Assembly: GCF_036588685.1 (NCBI RefSeq)
Contig: NC_086379.1
Coordinates: 31,744,001 to 31,808,000, forward strand
From: Mytilus trossulus
Lineage: Eukaryota
Reading direction: 5' to 3'
DNA: 64,000 nt
Positions 1 to 11,749 of the stretch are shown here, piece after piece. The notes under the pieces were generated by a model. That model made no database searches, was not told the origin of the DNA, and saw only the letters and a program-made list of their open reading frames with translations. Positions within the stretch are counted from its first letter, which is position 1. Each line of letters opens with the position of its first letter. The position numbers were made by a program, and so were the translations under genes.

Positions 1-493
1 ATGCGAAAATGGTTAAAAATCATAAGTAATAACTCCTATACTTAACCCTAGTCGACTGTCAATTTCGTCTGTTTCACCTTTTTTAAAGATAATAATAATG
101 TCATTCTGAAACTTTCTGCCTTTCACAGCCTTCTCTTTCTTCAAAATCGCACAGAGTTGAGTATAACGTCATTGAGGTGCAATATCTCCTATGTGTAGCA
201 GTTTCAGAGGAGTCAAATTTGGAAAAAATTAATAGACGACAAACAACGATGGTCGACGAACGCAAGGTGATGGCAGAATATAACATTTTCTCTTTGGACC
301 AGGGGAACAAAAGTGTAATCTATCGTTTACCCTCATATACTGGTCATGTGATCACGCATTTGTTATATCAGATAAAATAACAATCAAATACTTTTTCGCT
401 CGCTCGTCCTTAAATTTCATGGAAAAGCAGTGTAATAAACAATTCCTTTGCAGTATGTCTTCACAATGAAATAATTTTATAAATAATGTATAC

Positions 494-676
494 CTGGTAA
501 ATTGTTTCTGCTGTGTGTTTATATTCTTTATCGTTGGAATGTATGAAAGTTATCTTTTTCCAGTTGAAAGTTTTCAGAATTGACACAACACTTTGTGAGA
601 TCTGAGAATCTGTTGGTTTTGTCCTCCCAAATGTTGGATACTGGATCTTATTGCTCACATCAGACTCTGAACAATA
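494..676 (-). CDS. Gyc32E: Gyc32E-like guanylate cyclase, next coding exon (YCSESDVSNKIQYPTFGRTKPTDSQISQSVVSILKTFNWKKITFIHSNDKEYKHTAETIYQ)
   Basis: Acceptor TTTTTTCAG ends at 677; donor CAG|GTATAC at 493; 183 nt, phase 0-0. Joins in frame to the upstream exon to give MISY|YC...SNK..YPTF.RT.P.D.QIS.SVV..L..FNW, as in Gyc32E-type cyclases. Confidence 0.9.
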
Positions 677-1744
677 CTGAAAAAAATATATCTAAAGATC
701 AGAAAATCGCAAATAACAAAGGAGTATGGATTTTCAGGTAAAAGATTTTAAGAGATAATAAAAAATATCTATGACAGCAAATTTGACGATTATCCCTGTC
801 AGTGAAATTGAAATTGTTTTCAAAACAAATCTTAAAACAACTGAAAGTCAAGAAAGTCAACCAAACAATTTTTGTCAGTTTAAAGAAACAAAATGCAATG
901 AAGCCAGCACTAACCATAACAATTGTGTTATGTTTCTGTACTCACAACACGACATTGTGAGATAAACTTTATAAGTTACGATAGACGCCACAAGTTTTGA
1001 AAGTAAATAAATTAAACAATGTTGGAGAGCGCAGAAAGAACCAGAGCAGCAAATCCTATTTAAGGTTAACTTTGTCCCTAGGTAGCTGCAATCTAAGCTT
1101 CAACACAATTACATTATTTTATCAAAAGGAAATTGACAGTTCAAATGTATAATATGATTCATACCACTATTGAGACAGCGGCAACTAGACGATAAGCGTG
1201 TCGATAATTGCAAATAAACACACCGGTATTGTCGACATAACCCTTACTTGAAAATTGAAACTAGAGAAAAAAATTTGACTGTCTTTTTATATTCAAGAGG
1301 AAATATTTGTCATTTCCAAAGCGCCTGATTCTTGTGTAACTCAATTGTTTTTACAATAATGTCACAGTGTTTCCGTTGCTACATGATGGTATGATGTTAT
1401 TTCGTATCTATGTTGTAGTTTATCTTGTCATAAACGATTATCGATTTACAATAGAGCAATGTCATTGACATATGGTCTACTATTACAATAAAGAACCGTC
1501 ACTTATATTATGTCAAATAAAAACTAATAATCTCCCCAATGAACTGTGTAATAGAAAAGTCACAACGTAACTTCCTTATAGAAACCACAACATAAAATAC
1601 AAGAAGAAAAGCCAACGAAAAGAAACAAGCTAGGCGCTTATCTTGATTTACCATCGTCGGGAAAACATAAACTTAACAACTTAAGGAGCTATGAACAGGA
1701 TGAGAGTTTGTATGCTTTTACTTTTATAGCTAACAACGCACGAA

Positions 1745-1960
1745 ATTTATACCGCCGCTGTTTGACGGTTAGTCCTCGGGGATATCACCAGCGTAGAAGT
1801 CAGAGCTTCAAAAACGATACTGACATGACTTATGATATACTTAATAGTATATGAAATTCCCCGTTCAAAGATTAGTGAACAAATGTTGCAGACAAATTAA
1901 ATCATTCATAAATTTGGCTACTTATTTTTTTTAAGTCCTCTATGGACATAAAGCTCCCGA
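1745..1960 (+). repeat. Degenerate retrozyme fragment without the hammerhead
   Basis: GTCCTCGGGGATATCACCAGC...GACATGA is the reverse complement of the unit body near 5460-5520 / 5815-5868. Confidence 0.6.
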
Positions 1961-3272
1961 AATAAGACCCAAGCATTTTATTGAAAAGAAATTGGCAGAA
2001 AATGACTACATTCGCAATGATCGAAAAATAAATAAATAACAAAAAAAAGCTTAGAATTTTAAAATAGAAATCACCGGGTATTGTGCATTAAGGCGATATC
2101 TTTTTTGCGCCAAAAATGAATTCATTTGCACCACAACTTATTTGCGCAAATACTGCGTCAGCGCAACTATTTAAAAAAAACACTATATGCATCAATTTTT
2201 ACCATCAGAAAAATGAGTGGCACAATTTATACCCTTTCAGAACTGTAATTGGTGCAAATTAAGTATGCTTGTGTATTATTTCATGACATCGGGTCGCAAC
2301 ACAAACTTTACGACGGAAAAAAAAACTTATGCTAAAAGATCAATATGGCGGCCTCTAGCACTAATTTATAATAAGTGGAATTTTAGGTTAACATATCACC
2401 AAAAGTCTTGTTTCACTTTAAAAATATTGGAGAACAGTCATTTACTTATTATAAAAACACAAATTAATGGTATATCTATCCATGACGCAAATTAGAACAT
2501 GTACAAAAAAAACCCACACAAATAGCACTCTTATTATGTATTTTACGTCAGAGAAAAAACGAAATGTTTCTGTCGTTCTCTGGAAAGACGATGTTTTAAT
2601 GGTAATAACATTATAAGTAACAACTAAAGGAATGTGTGAGAAAAATTATTCAGAATTTAATTCAATAGAAGCAACAAAACAAATGTGGTAAACACACTGA
2701 TACAAAAAAGTACACGTGAAAGTATTCCTCCAATGTCTTTTGCACTCAATAAAAACATACTAATTAGTCTTAAACTAATATTTTGTATATATAATGGAGA
2801 CAGGTAATACCTTTCAACTGTTGAAAAAGACAAGATGCATGATAACTTAGTTTTCACAACCAACGAAAAGAAATAAAAATTGGATTCATATACAGTTTGC
2901 GATTGGACAAAAGCAATTACATAGTACAGTACATATATTGTATTTGCCTTTTTAAAACTTCGGTTGAAAACTTTTTAAATTTCTCATTTCCTTTTAAAAT
3001 CAAATGATTTACATAATTTTACTTTACTTTATTAAATGCATCCTTTATGTCAGCATACGTTTTTGTGAAGTAAAACTCCAGTTCAAACGTTTTGAAACCA
3101 AAGATGACGATAGAGTGAATACTTTAATCATCTCGCCTAAAATCAGAAATACTTTTATTTTCATTTATCATATGATTTGATTGGCTAAACCTTCTAATAT
3201 AAATTGATAAAAAAATGCTACTGAAAATACAAAAATTGAAAATCTATTCTAATTTGAGTTGGTTGCACTTCG

Positions 3273-3394
3273 TTTTTTTCAGATTTCATACTGGAAATTT
3301 CAGCATGCTGTCTTTTTTCAGATTTCATACTGGAAAATACAGCATGTTGTCTTTTTTTCAGATTTCATACTGGAAATACAACATGTTGTCTTTT
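3273..3394. repeat. Tandem repeat, 39-40 bp x3
   Basis: CAGATTTCATACTGGAAA at 3280, 3319 and 3359. Confidence 0.9.
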
Positions 3395-5230
3395 GAGAAC
3401 CAAATCAGTCAAGACTTAATGCAGCTTTCCATGATTATCATTCATATCTTTTCTTATGGATGACGTAATCTATCTTGTTAAATTTAGAACAGAAATAACA
3501 CTATTAGATAGCGAATACCGTATAAATGGTAATCAAATGATCCAAAAGCGTCATTATCTTGTAACAAATCTTCAAATAGTCAAATAACAATTGTGGAAAT
3601 AGACTTTTTGTTTTCCACCCAATATCGTGGATATGACAAAAGGGTAGTATGATATTGCATTAATGATTGTCATTGATACACAATTGACATAAGATCAAGG
3701 CCTTGAGAAAGCAAATAGGTTGCATCTCAACCAAAAGACAAGAGGAAAATCATATTAAGAAATACTTTTGTTTTTTATTTTACATATGTTATGAACGTTA
3801 TATTCAATGTTTATAAGTATTGAGAAATTCCCACGAATGTTAAACTAAAACACAAATCGCTGAGAACCCCGTTGAGAGCTAATATCTATAGGTATAAAGT
3901 TGCATTGACTTCTGTCTAAGCATGATAGCCTTTGATACCTATAGTAATGATTTTACCAGACAAAACATACTAGTATTTTTAGCCATCTGAAGGAATATGA
4001 CACGACCTTCATCATCAACGCTGAGACATCTCTTTAATTATAGAAAAGTAAGTATTTATGTTGGTTTTCTTGAACTGATATAACAACTGGAATAATAAAC
4101 TATCTTTAGAAGCAATACAATCAATTCAGGTTTATGTATTTCTAAGTGGGTGGTATATGCATTTATGACGTCTTTAAAATATCATAAGTAGAACATTCAT
4201 TGACCCATTGAATATAAAAAAAACATAAAAATGATCATATTTATCTGATGTTAAAATGAAGACTTAATCACTGGCAATTGATGAGAAAAAACTTTTATTT
4301 AAAAAGATAAAGATGAATAAATATTATGGGTCATGCATAATTATAAGCGTGAACAAATCATCACAAAATCTAAAACACATATCTTAAAAGTATTGCAACA
4401 AAACTATATGATGGACTCTTGATTAAAGATAAAAAAAATATTTCATTTCAGTTACGCCTCGCCTTACAGAATAAATATGAAAGTTGATAATAAAACAAAA
4501 GTTATTTGTGATATGCTGAGAAATCTATTTTGAAATTATATACTTTCAAGACTAATCAACATGCAGTTGATTAATGTTCCTATACATGTAGTTGTTTGAT
4601 TAACGCACAATGGCCAATACATCACGCATATTTAGTACGATATTCTGATAAAAAGATTATAAGGTTTCATGTAGTTAGGTTCCACAAATGAAATCGTGTG
4701 GATAGAAGCCCGGACATTTCGGACGGCCATTTACAACTGAGATGCTGAACGTTCTTACATAACGTAGCTATGAATTTATAAATCCCACTCAGCTAAACGA
4801 ATGGGTTGTTATTTAATTTACTTCAAACCCATTAAATTATGCAAATTTAATCTGTTGTATGACTGGTTCATGTACTTCCAAAAGAGGATCAATTAATTCA
4901 ATCAAGATGAAATTATATGAAATATTTCATAGTTGCATATTGACACAAAAATATTCTTTCCCCTTGATCCCTTTTATTTTAATGCGCTGAAAAATTCTTC
5001 CACCCAAATTGATGTTTTTACATAGTTTAAAGGGGGAACGCTAATTTTCTCGAGTATAACAATGATAACTTACAAAAATCTGAATAAAACCTGCAAAAGA
5101 ACGACAAGTGTTATTAAGTTGCTAACAATTGATTTTAATTTTGATGGATCACTTTACTTTTCCATTTTAAAAGCAATTAAATGAATTTGATTTATAATAG
5201 TTATCAAAAGTCCCTGGATTATAATTAAAT

Positions 5231-5274
5231 ACGCCAGACGCGCGTTTCGTATTCATAAGACTTGTTAGTGACGC
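5231..5274 (-). ncRNA. Type I hammerhead motif with mutated core
   Basis: Minus strand GCGTCA CTAACAA GTCT TATGA ATAC GAAAC GCGC GTC TGGCGT. Confidence 0.7.
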
Positions 5275-5586
5275 TAATATCAAAATAGCTATAAAGCCAA
5301 GCAAGAACAAAGTTGAGGAGCATTGATGACCCAAAATTTTCAAAAAGTTTTACCAAATACGGCTAAGGTAATCTATTCCTGGGATGAGAAAATCCTTAGT
5401 TTTATCGAAAAATTCAAAGTTTTCTAACAGGAAATTTATAAAAATGAACATATAATTGATATTTATGTCAACACCTAACTGATGTCTACTGGACTGGTGA
5501 TACCTTTGGGGACGAAACTTCCACCGGCAGTGGCATCGACCTAGTGGTGTAAATAGTTATCAAAGGTACCAGGATTATAATTTAAT

Positions 5587-5630
5587 ACGCCAGACGCGAG
5601 TTTCGTCTATATAAGGATCATCAGTGACGC
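5587..5630 (-). ncRNA. Type I hammerhead ribozyme motif (core intact, stem II weakened)
   Basis: Minus strand GCGTCA CTGATGA TCCT TATAT AGAC GAAAC TCGC GTC TGGCGT. Stem I is GCGUCA/UGGCGU; cleavage triplet GUC. Confidence 0.8.
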
Positions 5631-7361
5631 TCAGATCAAAATAGTTATAAAGCCAAACAAGTACAAAGTTGAAGAGCATTGATGACCAAGAATTCCAAAA
5701 AGTTGTGCCAGATATGGCTATGGTAATCTATTCCTGGGATGAGAAAATCCTTAGTTTTATCGAAAATTCAAAGTTTTCTAACAGGAAATTTATCAAAATG
5801 TCCATATTATTGATATTCATGTCAACACCGAAGAGCTGATTATTGGGCTGGTGATACACTCGGGACGAATGGATGTGGTTTTGAACCCTCCAAAAACTTT
5901 GAAAAGAAACATTGGTTTCTCACATATTAAAATCACTGTATACACCTCCGGATTATGTATTCGTTGGCTACTTCAAAATTATGATACAATAAATACTAAA
6001 ATCCAAAGTGTTTTGTTATTCAATATGAACGGGAACACATTTGTACAAAGTACATTGGAAAACAGCAACGATAAAACACACACATTTTTGAATGTAATGT
6101 TAATCCAAACGAAACGTCCTCTTTTCTAAATGATACTTGGAAAAATACACGATAAAGGATAACGCATCTCTTTTCATGGAAGCATAATTGTTTGTCGGCC
6201 GTTTTATTGTTGAAATGTCAGTGTCCACACAGACAACCATGGAGAATGGAATCTGTTATGTAACACTTGGCATATAGAAACATTATTATATCGGTCGAAT
6301 TGAAGAACAACGTGGAAAACTTGATCATGGCATTAGATACGATATGCTATAACCAACTTGTTTTTATGCAATATATATGTGCAATTTAAATATTTATTTT
6401 ATGAATTTTTCTTCCTGTTTTTCTCATTTTGAAATGAATGACTTAAGGCACGAGACCCAATTGACTGAACTCTACAACTAACGGGTTAACGAATGATATA
6501 CCAAACAAATTCAACTGCACTTGCATTTCCTCTGATGCTCAGTTTGAAAAGATCATAATAGAACTATAGCTTTTATGTAATCTTAATATCAAATGCATGA
6601 TTAATTGAAAAAAATCTTTTCATTTCCGTTCAGTATCCAGTAGGTACTGTGAAAATTTAACCAATTACTAAAAGCCACCTTTTGGAAATTTCAATTACAA
6701 CTTTCATCCGCTTGTACAATATATTGCGTAAGTAATTATTGGAAACTTATAAATTGAAGTTCATGTAAGCAATTTATAAAACTGCTGTGATTTATTCCGT
6801 GTATGAAATTTATTAACACAAAAGATGACGTTCCGATATAAATAGACATACATTTTCTATAAAGCTATGAACTGATGAGCAATATCTTAATTGACATCTG
6901 AAATAGTTCTAAAAATCTAAGCATTTCCGCTAGAAAATGGAAATATAAGTTTAGTATGGATTTGTATATGTCTGTTGCAGGATTATACAATATAAAACAG
7001 TTATATGTATGGAAAAGTACATGTGCTTATTGAAAAATTGAAAGAGTTTAAGATCAATTTCAATTTCTAAGATTTCAAACCAATCACAAACCCTTTAAAA
7101 GATTTTGATTACTTGCACATAGCAAAAATGACAATATGATACCTACAGTACTCTATGTTTGAAACAATTGTCCCAACAACATAGATGTTAATCTAATGCA
7201 ACACTTGTTTTGATTGTCATTATATTAAACTGATCGCGATTAATTACAATTCGCTTAAGCATTTCGACACATGTGTCATGAAAGTGATCTCAATCTTTAA
7301 TTTAACCTTGTAAAAAGGATTGTCTTAAAAGATCAATTCGAATTATAGAATTCATTTAAAT

Positions 7362-7496
7362 ATTAAATGAAAATAGTCTTTGCACATTAAATGAAATGAA
7401 AATAGTCTTTGCACATTAAATGAAATGAAAATAGTCTTTGCACATAAAATGAAATGAAAATAGTCTTTGCACATTAAATGAAATGAAAATAGTCTT
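7362..7496. repeat. Tandem repeat, 29 bp x~4.6
   Basis: ATTAAATGAAATGAAAATAGTCTTTGCAC; TGCAC at 7381, 7410, 7439 and 7468. Confidence 0.9.
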
Positions 7497-8340
7497 AACA
7501 ATCACCGACTGAATGTTTAAGGAAATACAATCAGTGTCTATAATTGACTTGTTATCTGAATGTCAAAGTTTGGTTATGATGACAAAAATGTCTTCCCTCC
7601 AAACTTTACAAGAAAATGTTTTGAACAATAGCTTAACAATATTTTTTTTTCTATATATAATGTTATCTTATTATTTCCTTTTAAAATAAGAAAAGAGAAA
7701 AATTGCAAGCTATTGAACCAAAATACTATTTATTTCCTTTTGAATGTTTATGTCACAGAAATATGGACATGCTTCGTACACTGTATATAGCTAGACCATC
7801 GAAGTCAAGAGAAATGTACAAAACCAGAATTGAATGCTTCAGCTGTAAAGATTAACAATTTCGTAATTAAAATTAATAAGCAAATTTTAAGAACAATTAT
7901 ATTGATGCGAATGAATATATTGGTTGATTGGTTATTTGGTGTTAACGCAACTATTTGCTAATATTTACAGACATATTTTATTGGTGAATGAATTTTACGA
8001 ACACACATAATAAGTAAAAAATTGATTCCTGAAGAAACTAGACACTTTTGTCCAGGTAATTTGGGATTGTAGAGAGCTCACAAACATGTCTAACCGCACC
8101 ACATTGTTTATCTAAAAATAAGTAGATTTAGTATGATATACAACGAGACAATGATCCATAAAAGTGCAAATGAAGTACATGTAAGCCTTTATAGGCAACC
8201 GTACGGCCTTTATCAATTAGGGAAAATATCCCAACGGCTATAAAAGACCCTGACATGAAAAATATGAAATAGTTCAATTTAGAAATCAGGGTAACAGTTA
8301 GAAGACTTTTGAAAAGGGACCCATGCTTAAATGGGTTTAA

Positions 8341-8720
8341 TTATTAAATATTCGAAAGAAACCATCAGATATAAATTCAGGAATTCGATATACCAGATAA
8401 AAGATAACCCAAATCCATTGAAATCACTCGTAATATTTCCAATGACTCCAGATTACCTTCGTTATACAAATGAAGATAAATTGTAAGACAAACTAAATAA
8501 TAATCATAATAAAAAACAACAAATAGTAAGTTTGAATTTTGGCAATTTTTTGTCATGGATTTATTAGGACAGTTCAACTATATATCAACCGGCCTATGAA
8601 TTTGCATTCATCGACAATGTATCATTAATGTCCAAGATAAAAACATAGAAGGGCAACCATCATATGTTTTCTCCAAATGGCAACTGGGCTACCAGACGCC
8701 AACTGTAATAAATTCAGCCA
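8341..8720 (-). repeat. Split direct repeat B2 (380 bp), 3' end of the element
   Basis: Identical by eye to 9048-9427. Confidence 0.95.
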
Positions 8721-8838
8721 TTCAGTAAATCAATACATTCAGATCATATTCTGTCCAATCCATGACGCTTCTTTAACGATATCTGAAAATATACAACAGA
8801 GAGCAGAAAATATTCTCAAGGGTGGGATAGGGTGGGTT

Positions 8839-9047
8839 TTGTGTTCCTTCAGTTGAAATCACGCAATGAACAAATCACGAAAAGCATGCAATTTTATACC
8901 AAATAAAAGCGGGAAAACCGCTTACGAAATTATGTAGATAAACAAAAGACGCTCAAGTCCTTCAAAATTAAAGAAAAGATAACTCTAGTTTAGCAGACGA
9001 TAATCTTAATTTATTAAATTGATTTAATGCTTAATGATTAAATCTTA
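8839..9047 (-). repeat. Split direct repeat A2 (209 bp)
   Basis: Identical by eye to 14897-15105; abuts B1. Confidence 0.95.
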
Positions 9048-9427
9048 TTATTAAATATTCGAAAGAAACCATCAGATATAAATTCAGGAATTCGATATAC
9101 CAGATAAAAGATAACCCAAATCCATTGAAATCACTCGTAATATTTCCAATGACTCCAGATTACCTTCGTTATACAAATGAAGATAAATTGTAAGACAAAC
9201 TAAATAATAATCATAATAAAAAACAACAAATAGTAAGTTTGAATTTTGGCAATTTTTTGTCATGGATTTATTAGGACAGTTCAACTATATATCAACCGGC
9301 CTATGAATTTGCATTCATCGACAATGTATCATTAATGTCCAAGATAAAAACATAGAAGGGCAACCATCATATGTTTTCTCCAAATGGCAACTGGGCTACC
9401 AGACGCCAACTGTAATAAATTCAGCCA
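9048..9427 (-). repeat. Split direct repeat B1 (380 bp)
   Basis: Identical by eye to 8341-8720 (offset 707; the same 66-aa ORF appears twice in the ORF track). Confidence 0.95.
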
Positions 9428-9565
9428 AATGCTAGCAAACTTGTTTGTAAGCATCGCCAAACAAAATTTATCAATCCATGACAAAAAATTAACTTTAACA
9501 CACAAAACAAATTAAAAATTTAGGTTTTGAACAAACATATTAATTGAACTGAGTTTAACAACTAA

Positions 9566-10604
9566 ACATTAGTTCGTCGAAGTATATCAACTATACTAGA
9601 CATTAGTTCAACGAAGTATATCAACTATACTATACAACAGTTCAACGAAGTATATCAACTATACTATACAACAGTTAAACGAAGTATATCAACTATACTA
9701 TACAACAGTTCAACGAAGTATATCAACTATACTATACAACAGTTCAACGAAGTATATCAACTATACTATACAACAGTTCAACAACGAATATCAACTTTAC
9801 TTACAACAGATCAACGAAGTAATCAACTTTACTATACAACAGATCAACGAAGTAATCAACTTTACTATACAACAGATCAACGAAGTAATCAACTTAACTA
9901 TACAACAGATCAACAAAGTAATCAACTATACTATACAACAGTCCAATGAAGAGTATCAACTAAACTATACAACAGATCAACGAAGTAATCAACTTTATTA
10001 TACAACAGATCAACGAAGTAATCATCTTTACTATACAACAGATCCACGAAGTAATCAACTTTACTATACAACAGAACAACGAAGTAATCAACTTTACTAT
10101 ACAACAGATCAACGAAGTAATCAACTTTACTATACAACAGATCAACGAAATAATCAACTTTACTATACAACATATCAACAAAGTAATCAACTTTACTAAA
10201 CAACAGATCGACGAAGTAATCAACTTTACTATACAACAGAACAACGAAGTAATCAACTTTACTATACAACAGAACAACGAAGAATATCAACTATACTATA
10301 CAATAGTTCAATGAAGAATATCAACTAAACTATACAACAGATCAACGAAGTTATCAACTTTATTATACAACAGATCAACGAAGTAATCAACTTTACTATA
10401 CAACAAATCAACGAAGTAATCAACTTTATTATACAACAAAACAACGAAGTAATCAACTTTACTATACAAAAAAACAACGAAGTAATAAACCATACTATAC
10501 CACAGATCAACGAAGTAAAAAACTTTACTAAACAAAACATCAACTAAGTTATCAACTTTACTTAACAAAAGATTAACGAAGTAATCAACTTCACTATACA
10601 ACAG
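9566..10604. repeat. Minisatellite of ~31 units of 33-34 bp (CAACAGATCAACGAAGTAATCAACTTTACTATA) inside the Ngaro element
   Basis: Tandem array seen directly; 34-bp variants on the left, 33-bp variants on the right. Confidence 0.95.
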
Positions 10605-10799
10605 TACAAATATAAACAACGTGCACAGCAAAAATAAGATTTTAAAACTTTGTATTTACAACTAACAACAAAACTGTTGTATATTCAACAGAGCTGTTCA
10701 ACTTGATGCATTAGTTTAACAAATGAAATAAATTATTCAACTGACATACGACTTCATGTGTCCATGCACGATGGCTTGCAACTTTAAATAGGTTAAAAT

Positions 10800-10995
10800 T
10801 CATTTGGGTATAAAAATCTGTTTGGATCTTAATAAACAACTCTAATGCTGACTGCATAGCATTAATAAAAATGTCACTGCCAATATATGACAGATTCGCC
10901 ATGATCAGCGAAAAGAGTTGGGTGGATATCATCAAAATCAGTATGTTTAATAGCCTTGCCCCCAACTTTGTGTAAGTAAGATCTAACCCCCTTTG
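10800..10995 (-). pseudogene. C-terminal remnant of the SGNH-hydrolase ORF known from Ngaro elements
   Basis: GVRSYLHKVGGKAIKHTDFDDIHPTLFADHG/(frameshift)NLSYIGSDIFINAMQSALELF resembles the D-G-V-H-L-S..G block V region of SGNH hydrolases. Confidence 0.65.
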
Positions 10996-11720
10996 TTTAA
11001 AACAGTCTGAAACTGAAATCTTGACAATGATTTCCCATTTATATGGCAAAAATGAGGACCATCATATCCAGGTCTTATTTGCAAAAAGGCTTTCAAACTT
11101 TGTAGAGGACAAATCTCATTTGATTCATTTTTATTTATTTTACAACTAAAGTAGTGGATCTCCCTTTTTGATCAGTTTTGAAAAAAATAAAATAAAATAT
11201 TTTAATAAACAGCTAATTTAAGATGGTCAATATAAACATCCCGCCTATGTAAAACATGCTCTTGCATAACATTCGTTGTAATGGCAAATTCACTCACACG
11301 TAAAAATGCAGCAAGCGAAGTTAAATGCTGTTTGAAACAATATTGTTTCATAATAAGAGCACACGTGCCTCAAAGCCACATTTAATCTAATCAATATCAA
11401 TGGTCAAAGGTGCCCGAAGATCTTAAGAATTGTAAAGTCTATTACAACCACCCAAAAGTTTCTGAATGATAAAAGATTTAGTTAAATCTTCATTCCCTTG
11501 AATTTTCAATTTGTAACTTATTCCAGATATATATGATCTAATTGTAACGATGAATAATGATTTAGTGACAAAAAACCAATGTAACCAATAATTTGTCTGT
11601 TACTTGGTGGCCAACTAAGGGGAATAGAATATTCCATCCTGAACATATTGAACGAATGCAATGCATTTTTATAAACATTTCTGGTACTTTGAGAAATTGA
11701 ATAATTCAACAATTTTGAAG
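10996..11720 (-). pseudogene. Tyrosine recombinase, N-terminal and middle part only
   Basis: SISQSTRNVYKNALHSFNMF; KTDQKGRSTTL; ICPL..LKAFLQIRPGYDGPHFCHINGKSLSRFQFQTVLNK. No downstream HSFRIGAAT / GRW / catalytic Tyr motifs were found. Confidence 0.8.
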
Positions 11721-11749
11721 CTTCTATAACAAAAGATCTAAGAACTCAT

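Larger units (their letters stand above)
5196..5868 (-). mobile_element. Non-LTR retrozyme: ~1.9 tandem 356-bp units, each with a type I hammerhead motif
   Basis: Tandem duplication with period 356 (5231 vs 5587). Each unit carries GCGTCA-CTGATGA-stemII-GAAAC-GCGC-GTC-TGGCGT or a variant on the minus strand. Confidence 0.85.

Noticed and set aside
8377-8577. Duplicated 66-aa ORF (also 9084-9284)
   Set aside because: Lies inside repeat B, has no ATG start and no recognisable domain.
9566-10604. CRISPR-like array of ~33-bp repeats
   Set aside because: Units are contiguous with no unique spacers, there are no cas genes, and the context is eukaryotic.
9931-10631. Repetitive ORFs (VDYFVDLLYSK / LICCIVKLITS repeats)
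   Set aside because: Artefact of a 33-bp minisatellite that is open in two frames; no coding evidence.
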